Shown here piece after piece: positions 61,276 through 64,000 of a stretch of 64,000 bases of DNA; positions within the stretch are counted from its first letter, which is position 1, and the number at the start of each line of letters is the position of its first letter. The notes beneath the pieces are model-generated. The model saw only the letters and a list, made by a program, of their open reading frames with translations. It made no database searches and was not told where the DNA came from. The stretch comes from Vitrella brassicaformis CCMP3155 (taxonomy: Eukaryota; Protista; Chromerida): positions 48,925 to 112,924 of the forward strand of contig CDMY01000341.1 in the NCBI GenBank assembly GCA_001179505.1, in the 5' to 3' direction. A program made the translations under genes and the position numbers.

Positions 61276-64000
61276 TCACTGCAGGAGTGTGAACACCTCC
61301 ACCTCGTCAGAGACGAACATGTGCATCTGATATCCCATCACCGGAAAGATGCCGAAAGGAGGTCGCCGCCCGCAGCATCGCCCCGCCGCCTGCACCGACC
61401 CAAAAGGGGGCGGCGTCCACAGCTCCAGCCACTGGTGCGTGCTCAGGCTGGAGAAACTCCCCAACTGGCCCACCATCAGCCCCCCCGCCGAGTCCCTTGG
61501 TCGATCGTCCGCTTGCGAGACATAGATGCACTGGGGCATCAGGGAGTGCGGCTGGAAGGTGGGCGGGGAGGCGCCAAATGCCTTGAAGATGAGGGCAGCC
61601 GCCTCATAGCGGTTGAAGGTGCGGTGGCCGGCGCGACTGCCTGGCGGTAGGCGCCGCTCAGGAGGTGGCTGCAGGCTGGTGTCGATGGAGAAGCCGTGGA
61701 TGTCTCCATTTGCGCGGATGAGGAACAGCAGGGGGCTCGCATCGCCCACACGATGGAGCATGTCGGTGTACTTGAAGCCGTGGACTGTCCCTCTGCAGCC
61801 ACACAAGGAGAGAAGAGCCAAGAAAATGATAGAGTGTGCAGCACATATTGAGTGTCTCCTCTTACTTGTAGAGTAGTTCGATGCGTGTGATCTTTTTGCC
61901 TGTCTTCTGCAGTACGGCCATCAGCTGACTGGCGGAGGCGATCACAGAGGGACTGGGGATGCACGGCCCATCGCCATGCAGCCGCATCGTGGGCTCCATC
62001 GCCGGGCCGTGTCTCTCCATCGCCGCCATGAGTGACGCCTTCAGCCGCCGAGGAGCATACGGGGGGTCGACCACACTTATGGGCGTGGCGGCACACATGC
62101 GGCCGGCGAAGTCGCTGGCGAGTGCCACAGCTGAGACATCGGGGGGGAGGGAGGGCAGGTAATGCGACAGCCGCTTTACGGTGTCCGCCAGATTGGTGAT
62201 CATTGCGAGCCTCTGATGTGGGCGTTCTATGCGCATCAGTGCCTCGAGGAGGTCAGCCGTCGACGAGTAGGCAGACGCCGCTCTGCGCAGCTGATCAAGA
62301 GAGTGAAAGGCCACACACAGACGGTGCATCCGCCGTCCACATCTTAACTCATTTCTCCCCCCAGGCCTTACCACTGCGATATCATTGGCTGTGAGTTGGA
62401 GACGCACGTGCCCATACTCCTGATGGGCCCGCTGTGTATAATGATGCTGACCTTCCGCGGGGGCGCGAATCGCCGAAGCACGGCTCCCTTGAGCTCATCC
62501 AGCTGGAAGCGGTGGTTCAGGACGACCGTCAGCTGTGAGATGGACTCAATCTCGAGAACCGACCAGATGCTCGACAGAATGAAGGCGCCTGAGTCGACAA
62601 CATCGGCCGATGGCACTGAAATCGGTGAGACACGACACACACAGATACATCAAGTGGTGGAATATTCTTCCCATCTGTTCGACACTTACCGTCTAGGTGC
62701 ATGACCAGCTTCTTGATGTGGGGCATTTGGTCCTTGTGATCGCCCAGTGTGATGCCCTCCCTCTCGTCCTCGGCCTTGATGAACTCGTACCGGCCCTCAG
62801 ACACATAGCCCAGATACAGCTCGTCGATCGCAGCACAGCCCCCGTTGACGAGCACCTGACGCATCTCTGTCTCTCCGCCGGACATGGCGAGGGTGTCCAG
62901 CGATGAATGCATATGCTGCGTCAGGGCGGTCGCGAACCGCAGGGCGACGTCTCCCTTGGCCGTGAGCATCTTGACCTTCTGCAGCCGCTGACTGAGGCCG
63001 GGCGGCACATGAGGGTGAGGGGCCCTTGGCTGCAAGGAATTGAGCACGAGATGCCGCGGCATCTTCCATACGGAAACGCGCACCAGAAGTCCCAGCACAT
63101 CCGTCGGCCCCATGCCGGTCAGCTGCAGCTCGGTGAGATGCGCTCCCTCGCTCAGGATCGTCTTGGCCACCCCCAGGCCGATGCGATGGTTGACGATCAG
63201 AGTCCTCACCCGCTCGACTCCGACCCTGTTGAGGGCTTTGAGCTCGGGAGGCTGGCTCTGGTGGGACGGCATCAGCGGCAGGGGCGAAACCCTCCGCACA
63301 GTCGATGGAAATACTGCCGGCCGCACCCCACCACCCGGACTCGAAGACGAGCGCGCACTCATCCTCTCCCTGCCGATGTCGCTGATTGCTCCCTGTAGCT
63401 GGTCTTGTGTCACCCTCCAGACGTAGTGGCATGGGCGACTCAGTCCTGGGCCACTGGTCTCGAATTTCGGGCAGTCGATGTGGCTGTGTGAGCTGTCGAG
63501 GCGCACCTTGTACGCACTCAACAAGGCATTGACGAGTGGGAGGCTGCAGCTGGGCAGGTTGGTAAAGTCGAAATGTGTGTAGGCCAGCAGATGGGGGAGA
63601 GAGATGTCTCGCAACACGCCGTCAGGGGAGATGATGCTGCAGTCGACCTTGGCCGATGGCGAGCAGGTCGTGTCGATGAGCGAGGCCAGGGCCTTGAATG
63701 TCGCGAAGTTGCTGAGCAGCAGGTCAAGGCAGTCGCTGCGATGCACCTCTATGCGCAGAAAGTCGAAGGCCTTCGAGCAGCCTCGATGCACCAAACACTT
63801 CTGAAACCAGAGCACAATCGAGGTGAGACAACGCCGATGCCTTTCTTTCGCACGCTTTCTGTGCCCAATCTTCCGTTCTTGCCTGCAGGTCTTGGAGGCC
63901 GTCCCTGCAGGCATCGGTTGACTCGATGCCGTAGAGCTTGATGGTAGGTATCACCCGAAGGTTCACGAGAGGCCCCGGCTGCCCCCGCTGTCCCACAGGG
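61276..64000 (-). pseudogene. TLDc-family paralog copy 5, 5' part beyond the window, frameshifted
   Basis: Same exon series as the other copies. +2 and +4 nt insertions near 63351 and 63252. Exon 62372-62615 is 244 nt versus 233, 233 and 221 nt in the paralogs, so it is out of phase. The TLDc-like last exon is intact. Confidence 0.78.

Overview
Eukaryotic, GC-rich, intron-dense genomic DNA. Short GT-AG introns full of (TG)n/(TCTG)n/(GGAT)n microsatellites and the gene content suggest a chromerid alveolate such as Vitrella (inference, no database search run). Both ends carry clustered copies of one multi-exon gene family ending in a TLDc-like domain: five copies (two + and one - on the left, one + and one - on the right). 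The four copies with most of their sequence visible all carry nonsense or frameshift lesions and look mosaic. The core holds single-copy genes: a signal-peptide-bearing RNase III, an alpha/beta hydrolase, a 3-RRM protein, SNAPC3, a TBC RabGAP, an HhH-GPD DNA glycosylase, a degenerate adenosine-deaminase-fold protein, POP1, a Ska2/Ska1-like kinetochore protein, several secreted or membrane hypotheticals, and a large papain-family protease with TSP1, PA14-like, discoidin-like and ShKT modules. The most unusual structure is the head-to-head glycosylase/pseudo-deaminase pair bracketed by about 640-790 bp direct repeats. There is one 300-N assembly gap. No rRNA, tRNA, CRISPR array or recognisable transposase was seen. 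Exon boundaries were read by eye, and gene ends are approximate where stated.
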